Of a stretch of DNA of 64,000 nt, positions 1-8,661 are shown one piece after another. Within the stretch, counting starts at the first letter, position 1. The number at the start of each line of letters is the position of its first letter. The stretch is from assembly GCA_964638545.1 (NCBI GenBank), contig CAZXAM010000012.1, forward strand, positions 6,911 to 70,910. Reading direction: 5' to 3'. Both the position numbers and the translations under genes were made by a program. The stretch is from an uncultured Rikenellaceae bacterium. GTDB lineage: Bacteria > Bacteroidota > Bacteroidia > Bacteroidales > VadinHA17. The notes under the pieces are model-generated. The model was given only the letters and a program-made list of their open reading frames with translations, was not told the origin of the DNA and made no database searches.

Positions 1-967
1 TATGGTCCGATCTGTTCCTGGTTGCCCCGGCCACTGCCAATACCATAGCAAAAATGGCAGGAGGGATCGCCGATAATCTTCTTCTTACAACCTACCTTTC
101 TGCACGCTGCCCCGTAATTATTGCTCCAGCCATGGATTCAGACATGCTGAAGCATCCGGCAACGATAATCAACATCGAAACACTGAAAGCATTCGGGAAT
201 ATCATACTTGAACCAGCAGTCGGAGAGCTGGCCAGCGGGCTTGAGGGCAAGGGACGAATGGCTGAACCCGATTTAATAGTGAAGGAAATAATAAACTTCC
301 TTAAAAAAAAAACAGCCCGCTGAAAGGAAAAAGGATTTTGATTAATGCAGGCCCCACACGGGAGCCGCTCGATCCGGTCCGATTTATAAGCAATTACTCT
401 TCAGGCAAAATGGGAATAGCCATTGCTGAGGCAGCAGCAGGCCTTGGAGCTGATGTCGACCTTGTGCTTGGACCTGTAAGCTTGTTACCAACCGCGGAAA
501 ACATCAAGGTGGTAAATGTCATTACTGCTGACTCTATGGCAAAGGAGTGCATTTCCAGATTTCCCTTATGCGACATAGCTATTCTTTCAGCCGCAGTAGC
601 TGATTACGCTCCCGTAAACACTGAAAAGGAAAAAATCAAAAAAACAGGAAATGATCTGATACTCACTCTGAAACCTACAACGGATATTGCAGTGAAACTT
701 GGCAGGATGAAGAAAAGTTCGCAGATACTTGTAGGCTTTGCACTGGAAACAGGCGACGGACTGGTGAAAGCAAAAGAAAAGCTAAAACGGAAAAAACTGG
801 ATTTGATAGTTCTGAATTCTCTTGAAGACAAGGGAGCCGGTTTCGGCTATGATACCAACAGGATCACTATAATTGATAAGTACAATAATATTGATAAATT
901 TGAGTTGAAAACAAAAGAAGCAGCAGCCAGGGATATTCTTGAGAAAATTGTTTCAATGATCAAATAA
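1..967 (+). pseudogene. coaBC: Bifunctional phosphopantothenoylcysteine decarboxylase / phosphopantothenate-cysteine ligase CoaBC; 5' end lies outside the window; reading frame interrupted in an A10 run (sub-ORFs 3..323 and 338..967)
   Basis: Translation from the window edge gives DLFLVAPATANTIAKMAGGIADNLL (CoaC flavoprotein domain) and stops at 321-323. The other frame reads LKGKRILINAGPTREPLDPVRFISNYSSGKMG (CoaB nucleotide-binding motif) through to 967. One extra A in the run at 303-312 would fuse the two parts. Confidence 0.8.
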
Positions 968-974
968 TCAAAAA

Positions 975-1901
975 ATGGACTTTATCCATTTACGGAGATA
1001 TTTAACTATAACCCTTCTGTTCCTCATTCCTGAAGTTCTTCCGGCCCAGGAGCTGAACTGCAATGTCCAGGTCTCTGCGCAGAAAGTGCAGGGTTCAAAC
1101 CGCCAGGTATTCGAAAATATGCAGCGCGATATTTACGAATTCATGAATAATACCGTCTGGACCAACAATGTTTTCAGCTATACTGAAAGGATAGAATGCA
1201 GCATAATAATAAACATCACCGATCAGATATCCGCTGATGAATTTTCAGGGACGCTGCAGGTTCAGCTCAGGAGACCTGTCTACAATACCACATACAATTC
1301 TTCCATCCTGAATTTCATGGATAACAATTTCAGGTTCAGGTATGTGGAGTTCCAGCCGCTGGAATTCGATCCTACAACGCACAGATCGAGCCTGGTTTCG
1401 GTATTGGCATATTATAGTTACCTGATTCTTGGATTTGATTACGACTCATTTTCTCCTTTGGGAGGAACTGAATACTTTCAGATTGCAGAGAAAATTGTAA
1501 CTAATGCTCAAAATGCCCCGGAAACGGGCTGGAAGCCTTACGACGGGTCAAGGAATCGCAACAGGTACTGGCTGGTGAAAAATATTCTCAACAAAGAGTA
1601 TGAAGGTGTCAGAAGGTTCGTCTATGATTACTATATCAACGGCCTCGACAGAATGGAATCCAGGATTTCAGAAGCCAGAGCATCTATGGTCGAAAGCCTG
1701 AGGCTCCTGCAGGATGTTTACCGAAAAAAACCTGATCCGTTCATGTATTTCCTTCAGATTGTAATCGAGGCAAAAGCAGACGAACTGGTGAATGTTTTCA
1801 CGGAATCATTCCCTGAGGAGAAAAGCCGGGTTGTTCAGATCCTTGCCGAGATCGATCCTGCCAATAAATCAAAGTATCAGAAAATCACTGCTTCCAACTG
1901 A
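975..1901 (+). CDS. DUF4835 family protein (PorD-like, T9SS-associated family), secreted
   Basis: 308-aa ORF with a signal peptide (LLFLIPEVLPAQE). It sits between coaBC and recN as in many Bacteroidota. The family was recognised from memory by its N-terminal ELNCNVQV..VQGSNRQVFE pattern. Confidence 0.6.
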   Translation: MDFIHLRRYLTITLLFLIPEVLPAQELNCNVQVSAQKVQGSNRQVFENMQRDIYEFMNNTVWTNNVFSYTERIECSIIINITDQISADEFSGTLQVQLRRPVYNTTYNSSILNFMDNNFRFRYVEFQPLEFDPTTHRSSLVSVLAYYSYLILGFDYDSFSPLGGTEYFQIAEKIVTNAQNAPETGWKPYDGSRNRNRYWLVKNILNKEYEGVRRFVYDYYINGLDRMESRISEARASMVESLRLLQDVYRKKPDPFMYFLQIVIEAKADELVNVFTESFPEEKSRVVQILAEIDPANKSKYQKITASN

Positions 1902-1916
1902 TTAGAATTTCCCTTT

Positions 1917-3587
1917 ATGCTCGTAAAACTCTGCGTTCATAATTATGCGCTGATAAAGGATCTGGACGTTGAACTGGAGAACGGACTGACGATCATTACC
2001 GGGGAAACAGGCGCCGGCAAGACAATACTGTTGGGGGCGCTCTCGCTTATCCTCGGCAGCAGAGCAGACTCTTCAGTTCTCCTTGAGAAAGAGGAAAAAT
2101 GCGTGGTTGAAGGAACATTCAACATAGAAGGCTATGATCTCGAAGAGTTTTTTGTCGTAAATGAGCTTGATTATGAGACCGTCACAATTATGCGCAGGGA
2201 GATTAATCCTGCAGGTAAATCGAGGGCTTTTATAAATGATACACCGGTAACGGTTAATCTTCTGAAGGAACTGGGTGAACGCCTTATCGACATACATTCA
2301 CAGCATCAGACGCTGATGCTTCAGGGCAGTTCTTTCCAGCTGAAAGTAATAGATTCATTCGCAGGGAATGGAAAAACAGCTGATGAGTACAAAAATGTTT
2401 TCAGGAGATACCGCTCCCTGAAAAAAGAATATGATGATGCCAGGGAAAAGGCTGAGAAGAACCAGTCGGACCTTGAGTATTACAGTTTCCAACTGAGCCA
2501 GCTTGAAGAGGCAAAGCTTACTGAAGATGAACAGGAGAGACTTGAAAAGGAACAGGAGCTTCTGACTCATGCAGAAGAGATTAAGGTTGCCCTGGGAACA
2601 TCATCGGAGCTTTTATCATCTGAAACAGGCTCAATCCTGATCCGCCTTAAAGAAGTCAGACAAACCCTTACAAAAATAAAGGAGTTCCTGCCCGGTGACG
2701 GAGAAATTCTGAAGCGTACCGAATCGTCGTATATTGAAATAAATGATCTGGCCGGAGAAGTAGAAAAACTCGCCTCGTCAATAGATGCGGATCCCAAACG
2801 TCTGGCAACGGTGAACGAAAGGCTCGATGCCATCTATTCGCTCATGCAGAAACACCGGGTTACCAGTGTAAAAGATCTGATAGTTAAGCGGGAAGAAATC
2901 AAGAAAATAGTAAGGTCCATTGTTGGAAGCGATGAACGGCTTGCAGAGCTTGATTCACTTCTGAAGAAGGATATCGGACTGATGAAAAGACTTGCGGGAG
3001 ATATTTCCGCAAACAGAATGAGAGTGATCCCGGAAGTGGAGAAGAAGATAACAATGCTTCTTCAACAACTGGGAATGCCGAATGCAAAGTTCAGGATATG
3101 CCTTTCAGAATTACCAGATTTCACTCTCACAGGGACCGATCATGCCGATTTCCTTTTCTCCGCTAACAAGCAAATCGAACCTGAAAACCTGGCGAAGACT
3201 GCTTCAGGAGGCGAGCTTTCGAGGGTTATGCTCAGCCTTAAATCGCTTCTGGCAAAGAATATGAGCCTGCCAACAATTATTTTTGATGAGATAGACTCGG
3301 GAGTATCGGGGGAGGTTGCCGATAAGGTGGGACAAATCCTTTCAGGAATGGGAAAATATATGCAGGTGGTTAATATCACACACCTCCCGCAGGTCGCAGC
3401 CAGGGGGACAAAGCACTACCATGTTTATAAAGATGAGACAGGCAGCTCAACAATTACCCGGATAAAGTTGTTGTCTGCAAAAGAAAGGGTTGTTGAGGTT
3501 GCAAGACTGTTAAGCGGCAGTGAGATCACACCCATTGCCATTAAGAATGCGCAGGAACTGATAAAAACAGGCCAAAACCAGATTTGA
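1917..3587 (+). CDS. recN: DNA repair protein RecN
   Basis: 556 aa. N-terminal Walker A (GETGAGKT), long coiled-coil middle region, C-terminal SMC signature (ASGGELSRVMLSLK) and Walker B (IIFDEIDSG). Confidence 0.95.
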   Translation: MLVKLCVHNYALIKDLDVELENGLTIITGETGAGKTILLGALSLILGSRADSSVLLEKEEKCVVEGTFNIEGYDLEEFFVVNELDYETVTIMRREINPAGKSRAFINDTPVTVNLLKELGERLIDIHSQHQTLMLQGSSFQLKVIDSFAGNGKTADEYKNVFRRYRSLKKEYDDAREKAEKNQSDLEYYSFQLSQLEEAKLTEDEQERLEKEQELLTHAEEIKVALGTSSELLSSETGSILIRLKEVRQTLTKIKEFLPGDGEILKRTESSYIEINDLAGEVEKLASSIDADPKRLATVNERLDAIYSLMQKHRVTSVKDLIVKREEIKKIVRSIVGSDERLAELDSLLKKDIGLMKRLAGDISANRMRVIPEVEKKITMLLQQLGMPNAKFRICLSELPDFTLTGTDHADFLFSANKQIEPENLAKTASGGELSRVMLSLKSLLAKNMSLPTIIFDEIDSGVSGEVADKVGQILSGMGKYMQVVNITHLPQVAARGTKHYHVYKDETGSSTITRIKLLSAKERVVEVARLLSGSEITPIAIKNAQELIKTGQNQI

Positions 3588-3590
3588 TTT

Positions 3591-4433
3591 ATGGAAGGTT
3601 TACTTAAAGGAAAAAAAGGCATTATTTTCGGAGCTCTGAATGAGAAATCGATAGCCTGGCAGGTAGCCCTGAAGGCATGGCAGCAGGGAGCTAAGCTTGT
3701 TCTTACCAATTCACCAGTCGCTGTTCGGATGGGAACTATAAACGAACTGGCAGAAAAAACAGGAAGCGCTGTGATCACTGCCGATGCCACAAAAATGGAA
3801 GATATTGATAAACTGCTTTCACAAAGCATGGAGATCTTCAGCGGCCAGTTCGATTTCATTCTGCACTCAATAGGTATGTCGCCCAATGTCAGGAAGGACA
3901 TACCCTATGAACAGACAAGTTATGAGAACATGCTCAAGACCTTCGATATCTCCGCACTCAGCTTTCACCGGATCCTGCAAACGGCATACAAGCTTGATGC
4001 GATCAAAGAATGGGGGTCTGTCGTGGCACTTTCCTATGTTGCCGCCCAGAGAACGCTTACAGGATACAATGATATGGGCGATGCCAAGGCTCTCCTGGAA
4101 TCAATTGCCCGGAGCTTTGGTTATATATATGGCCGCGACAGGAAAGTCAGGATAAACACGATATCCCAGTCGCCAACACCAACCACTGCAGGCTCAGGCA
4201 TTCATGGTTTCGATTCGCTTGTCGATTTTTCCGACAGGATGTCGCCGCTCGGAAATGCAACAGCCGAAGAATGTGCTGATTATTGTGTTGCGCTGTTCTC
4301 TGACCTCACCCGGAAAGTAACAATGCAGAATCTTTATCACGATGGAGGCTTCTCTAGCATGGGAATGAGCCTCAGGGCTATCGAACAATATAAGAAGAGC
4401 TTTGAGGAGTGTGATTGTGATGAGGAAGGATAA
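3591..4433 (+). CDS. fabI: Enoyl-[acyl-carrier-protein] reductase (NADH) FabI
   Basis: 280 aa. N-terminus LLKGKKGIIFGALNEKSIAW is typical of Bacteroidota FabI, with an SDR fold and the SYVAAQR..Y...AKA catalytic region. Confidence 0.85.
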   Translation: MEGLLKGKKGIIFGALNEKSIAWQVALKAWQQGAKLVLTNSPVAVRMGTINELAEKTGSAVITADATKMEDIDKLLSQSMEIFSGQFDFILHSIGMSPNVRKDIPYEQTSYENMLKTFDISALSFHRILQTAYKLDAIKEWGSVVALSYVAAQRTLTGYNDMGDAKALLESIARSFGYIYGRDRKVRINTISQSPTPTTAGSGIHGFDSLVDFSDRMSPLGNATAEECADYCVALFSDLTRKVTMQNLYHDGGFSSMGMSLRAIEQYKKSFEECDCDEEG

Positions 4434-4514
4434 GTATAAATACCTATTTTACAGGCGATTCAACAGTCAGATGGATCACTTTCTTTAAATTTGATCAGAC
4501 TAAAACCTGCCGCC

Positions 4515-5810
4515 ATGGTGAACCTGATTATTCTCATCGTGTTTTACATCTTGTTTCCCGTGTTCCTTATATGGCTTACAATGAAGTATCGGTTTTTTAA
4601 AAAAATCGGAGCCATTGTTCTTGCTTATGCTACAGGTATCCTTATTGCCAACGTTGGCATTCTGCCGCGTGGAAGCGATGCATTTCGTGAGGCAACCATC
4701 GGAGCAGACAGGCCATCTATTCCCAAAGCGGAGGCTGTTCAGATGGTGGAGGCAGGAACTCTTTCCGAACGTGACCTCAGGGTTAATTCCATTGCCGCTG
4801 TTCAGGACAATGTACAGACAGCATTAGTGCCCCTGGCCATTCCCCTGATCCTTTTTTCACTCAACGTAAAGAGGTGGCTGAGGTTTTCCGGCAAAGGATT
4901 TCTATCTATGCTTTTAGCCCTGGTTTCAGTTATGATCATTGTGGCAACAGGTTACCTTATCTTCAAAGACAAAATTGCCTCAGCCGACAAAATAGGAGGA
5001 ATGCTGATCGGGCTCTATACCGGAGGCTCTGTAAACCTGGCTTCAATTGCACTGGCACTTAAGGTTGATCCGAACGCTTTCATAATGACCAACACCTATG
5101 ATATGATCGTTGGTGCTGTTGTAATACTGTTTTTTATCTCAGTCGGGCCGGCTTTCTTCAGGTTATTTCTTCCTCCGTTCAAAGGGTCACCGGTAAAAAC
5201 AGGGGAGGAAATTGACTTCAAAGGGATGAGCAACCAGATGGCGGAAGATTTTGATGATTTTTCAGGTATATTCAAAAAGGATACCGTTTGGCCTTTATTG
5301 ATGGCTCTCGGACTTTCTGTTGTTATCCTGGGACTTGGTTTTAGTGTCAGTTTCCTGTTTCCCAATGTGCCGTTAACGATTATTGTGATCCTGTCGATAA
5401 CCACCCTTGGGGTTGCCGCCTCATTTATACCGAAGATCCGGAATATTAAAAAGACCTTCCAGCTTGGAATGTACTTCATTATAGCCTTTTCGGTTGTAAT
5501 TGCCTCAAGGTGCGATCTTAGCGTGATCTTCCAGGCAAAATACATTAGCCTCCTTCTTTACATTACCTATGCTTACTTCGGATCATTGTTACTTCACCTC
5601 TTCCTTTCCTGGATATTCAGGATAAATGCGGACGATTACCTTATAACCACAACAGGTTTTGTTTATTCCCCTCCGTTTGTGCCCATGGTTGCAGCAGCCC
5701 TGAAGAATAAGGATGTCATTCTGACAGGGCTGGCTACAGGTATTATTGGATGGATAATTGGCAACTATATAGGTATTGCCTTTGGAATGTGGCTCGATAA
5801 GATATTCTAG
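4515..5810 (+). CDS. DUF819 family integral membrane protein
   Basis: Polytopic membrane ORF. The track starts it at TTG 4491; I prefer ATG 4515 (MVNLIILIVF...). Family assignment is from overall sequence resemblance only. Confidence 0.55.
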   Translation: MVNLIILIVFYILFPVFLIWLTMKYRFFKKIGAIVLAYATGILIANVGILPRGSDAFREATIGADRPSIPKAEAVQMVEAGTLSERDLRVNSIAAVQDNVQTALVPLAIPLILFSLNVKRWLRFSGKGFLSMLLALVSVMIIVATGYLIFKDKIASADKIGGMLIGLYTGGSVNLASIALALKVDPNAFIMTNTYDMIVGAVVILFFISVGPAFFRLFLPPFKGSPVKTGEEIDFKGMSNQMAEDFDDFSGIFKKDTVWPLLMALGLSVVILGLGFSVSFLFPNVPLTIIVILSITTLGVAASFIPKIRNIKKTFQLGMYFIIAFSVVIASRCDLSVIFQAKYISLLLYITYAYFGSLLLHLFLSWIFRINADDYLITTTGFVYSPPFVPMVAAALKNKDVILTGLATGIIGWIIGNYIGIAFGMWLDKIF

Positions 5811-7198
5811 AACAGGTAATTCAGTCCTATCGAAAATCCCAGCTTGTTGCTGTCCTGTGCCTTGAATGCTTTTCCGATATCAACTGCGACTACGAAGTTA
5901 CGGTTCATCACGAACATGATGCTTGTTCCTGCAGTATGGTGAATTGATTCAGCACCGGATTTGAAGAATTCCTCATATTCATATCCTTTAAGCTTACTGT
6001 CGAATGAACCTATTAATGCCGATGAAGAAGGCAGATCAATCTTATCCGTCACCATTCCGAAATCATAAAACAGATTCCATCCTAAATAGCAGTCGGCTTT
6101 TAGGAATCTGAAATATATTGGTTTCCAGCGCAGTTCGATATTTCCGTACAGGATGCCGTCGCCGATGACTCTGTTCCTAAGCACCCCCCTCAGTGAACTT
6201 GCACCTCCGAGGCCTTCATTGGTTGCACCAGTAAGATAAGATGTTATCAGCTGTGACTGATAGAAAAAGGGAACTTCTCCTCCAAGAAGTGTCTGATAAC
6301 CAATTCTGTATACAAATGAAAGATCATCTTTCACAAGAGTGAAGTACTGACGGTGAAGGATATAAAATTTTGTAAAAGCCCAGTCGTTGCCTATGAATCC
6401 AGGTGATGTTTCTATCCCCATTTCGGTCCAGATGCCTTTCATGGGATTCGGGCGGTTATCACGGCTGTCCCACATTATTCCGGCTTTTAACGTATTTACC
6501 CATCCTCCGTCGGCTTCATTATCGGAAATAAGGCCAAGGGAATCACGGTATATTTCGAAGAGTCCGGGCTGCTCTATAATTGATGGCAATCTTTTGTCAA
6601 CATCTTTACCTTCGTTAAGCTTTGCTATATCAACAGACCCGACAGAAAAATTATTTACTCCGAAACCGGCACTCCATTTCAGGTGGTCACCGTAAAGTTT
6701 GCCCTGTATATCTGCTTTTACCCTGAACTGGTTCCTTTCAAACCTGTAAAACATTCTTGATTTGTAAGTTGAAGCTTCATCATCCATCCAGTCTTTGTTG
6801 AAAATTGCATCATACCCGTTGAATCCGTAAAAATCATATGCTTTATCGGGCAAATAGCTGACATCAATCGAAAAATGGGTTTTACCGATCAGGTGATTCG
6901 ATTCATACATCATCCTGTAAATGCCGCTTCCCTTTGTAAAACGAGAAACTTCAGTGTAGGTATGATCGAGAAACTCAGGATAGATGCTTGGATTGCCATA
7001 ATTGAAGAATTCCACAAGAGCGCCATACTGGAATCCAAGGTTAGAGTCGTAAGTTGTTGCCGGGAGAGCTCCGCCGAATCTCCATCCCACCTTTTCTTTG
7101 GGCGGTTTTTTCTCCTTCTTTGCTTTCTTGGTTTCATCCTGACCATAAACGGAGATTGCAATAAACAAAATAAGAAAAACCGATAAAGCCTTTTTCAT
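5807..7198 (-). CDS. Outer-membrane beta-barrel protein (Omp85/BamA-TamA-like surface antigen family)
   Basis: Signal peptide MKKALSVFLILFIAISVYGQ, alternating beta-strand pattern, and a C-terminal aromatic residue (..GLNYLF). Confidence 0.55.
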   Translation of the reverse strand: MKKALSVFLILFIAISVYGQDETKKAKKEKKPPKEKVGWRFGGALPATTYDSNLGFQYGALVEFFNYGNPSIYPEFLDHTYTEVSRFTKGSGIYRMMYESNHLIGKTHFSIDVSYLPDKAYDFYGFNGYDAIFNKDWMDDEASTYKSRMFYRFERNQFRVKADIQGKLYGDHLKWSAGFGVNNFSVGSVDIAKLNEGKDVDKRLPSIIEQPGLFEIYRDSLGLISDNEADGGWVNTLKAGIMWDSRDNRPNPMKGIWTEMGIETSPGFIGNDWAFTKFYILHRQYFTLVKDDLSFVYRIGYQTLLGGEVPFFYQSQLITSYLTGATNEGLGGASSLRGVLRNRVIGDGILYGNIELRWKPIYFRFLKADCYLGWNLFYDFGMVTDKIDLPSSSALIGSFDSKLKGYEYEEFFKSGAESIHHTAGTSIMFVMNRNFVVAVDIGKAFKAQDSNKLGFSIGLNYLF

Positions 7199-7306
7199 AG
7201 GTAATAGTTTTTGTTGACAGGATTAAAGATAAACAAAAGTGCAAATCATAACCTCTTTTTTCAATATTTGTTACCTTAGACAGATATTTTACGACTAAAT
7301 ACTTAC

Positions 7307-8584
7307 ATGCGTTTACTTGTCAAAAATATAAAAGGTCTGATTCAGACTGAAGAGAAGACGCGGATTAAAGTCTGCGGTAAAGACATGGCAGTAATACGCA
7401 TGATATCAGATGCTTATCTTTTCCTGGAGAATGGTCTGATATCCGATTTCGGCGTTATGAAAGATCCGAAAATTAAATCCCTGGTTGGACAACCAGCCAC
7501 AATAAATGAAATTGATGCATCCGGGAAATTTGTCTTCCCTTCTTTCTGCGACTCGCATACTCACCTGGTGTATGCAGGCAGCCGTGAAACAGAATTTACC
7601 GACAAAATACGCGGGCTTTCATATGAAGAGATTGCAGAGAGGGGAGGAGGCATACTTAACTCAGCCAGGAAGCTTCATGATACAAGGGAAGATGATCTGT
7701 TTGAGCAGTCATCGGTGCGAGTCAGGGAAATAATCAGACAGGGTACGGGAGCTGTCGAGATTAAAAGTGGTTACGGCCTTAACCTTGATGATGAACTGAA
7801 AATGCTGAGGGTTATAAAAAGAATAAAGCAGAACTTCCCCGTCGAAATAAAATCAACATTTCTGGGAGCACATGCAGTGCCCCCTGAGTTTAAGGAAAAT
7901 AGAAAAAAATACGTCGACCTGGTTATCAATGAAATGATACCCGTCGTGGCTTCAGAGGAACTTGCAGATTATATTGACGTCTTCTGTGATAAAGGATTCT
8001 TTACGGTTGAGGATACTGAAAGAATTTTAATGGCGGGAATGAAATACGGGCTCCGGGCCAAGATCCATGCAAACGAACTGGACTTTTCAGGCGGAGTACA
8101 AACAGGTGTAAAATACAATGCTCTTTCGGTCGACCATCTTGAACGGTCAGGTGATTCTGAATTCAGAGCTCTTCTGGACTCTGATACCATGCCTACAATC
8201 CTTCCGGGCTCAGCTTTCTTCCTGGGGCTGCCTGATCCACCGGCAAGAAGAATGATAGATTCAGGCCTTCCGGTTGCAATGGCTTCCGATTATAATCCGG
8301 GTTCATCTCCTTCGGGGAACATGAAGCTTGTGATGTCGCTGGCATGCATCAGGTTGAAAATGCTTCCTGAAGAAGCGATAAATGCTGTTACTATCAACTC
8401 TGCGTATGCAATGGGAATATCAGAGACACATGGTTCAATTGCAAGAGGGAAGGTGGCTAATGTTTTCATTACTAAGGAAATGCCATCGTACGAGTTTTTT
8501 CCGTATGCTTTTGGCAGCGATCTGATTGAAACTGTAATTCTAAAAGGCAAAATACACCCCCCTGCCCCCCTGAAGGGGGGATAA
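7307..8584 (+). CDS. hutI: Imidazolonepropionase HutI
   Basis: 425 aa with amidohydrolase metal motifs (FCDSHTHLVYAG, KIHANEL, ASDYNPGSSP). The last 9 codons (HPPAPLKGG) and the stop are encoded by a repeat element. Confidence 0.9.
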   Translation: MRLLVKNIKGLIQTEEKTRIKVCGKDMAVIRMISDAYLFLENGLISDFGVMKDPKIKSLVGQPATINEIDASGKFVFPSFCDSHTHLVYAGSRETEFTDKIRGLSYEEIAERGGGILNSARKLHDTREDDLFEQSSVRVREIIRQGTGAVEIKSGYGLNLDDELKMLRVIKRIKQNFPVEIKSTFLGAHAVPPEFKENRKKYVDLVINEMIPVVASEELADYIDVFCDKGFFTVEDTERILMAGMKYGLRAKIHANELDFSGGVQTGVKYNALSVDHLERSGDSEFRALLDSDTMPTILPGSAFFLGLPDPPARRMIDSGLPVAMASDYNPGSSPSGNMKLVMSLACIRLKMLPEEAINAVTINSAYAMGISETHGSIARGKVANVFITKEMPSYEFFPYAFGSDLIETVILKGKIHPPAPLKGG

Positions 8585-8641
8585 ATTCAGAACAGATTTA
8601 AGCCCCCTTTAGGGGGCAGTCCCGAGTACTCGGGACGGGGG
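8557..8641 (+). repeat. GC-clamp multi-hairpin element, copy A
   Basis: C6-TGAA-G6 (8565-8580), ATAAATTCAG, C5-TTTA-G5 (8603-8616), CCCGAGTACTCGGG (8621-8634) and G5 (8637-8641). Confidence 0.85.
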
Positions 8642-8661
8642 TTAGTTATAAAAGAAGATTT

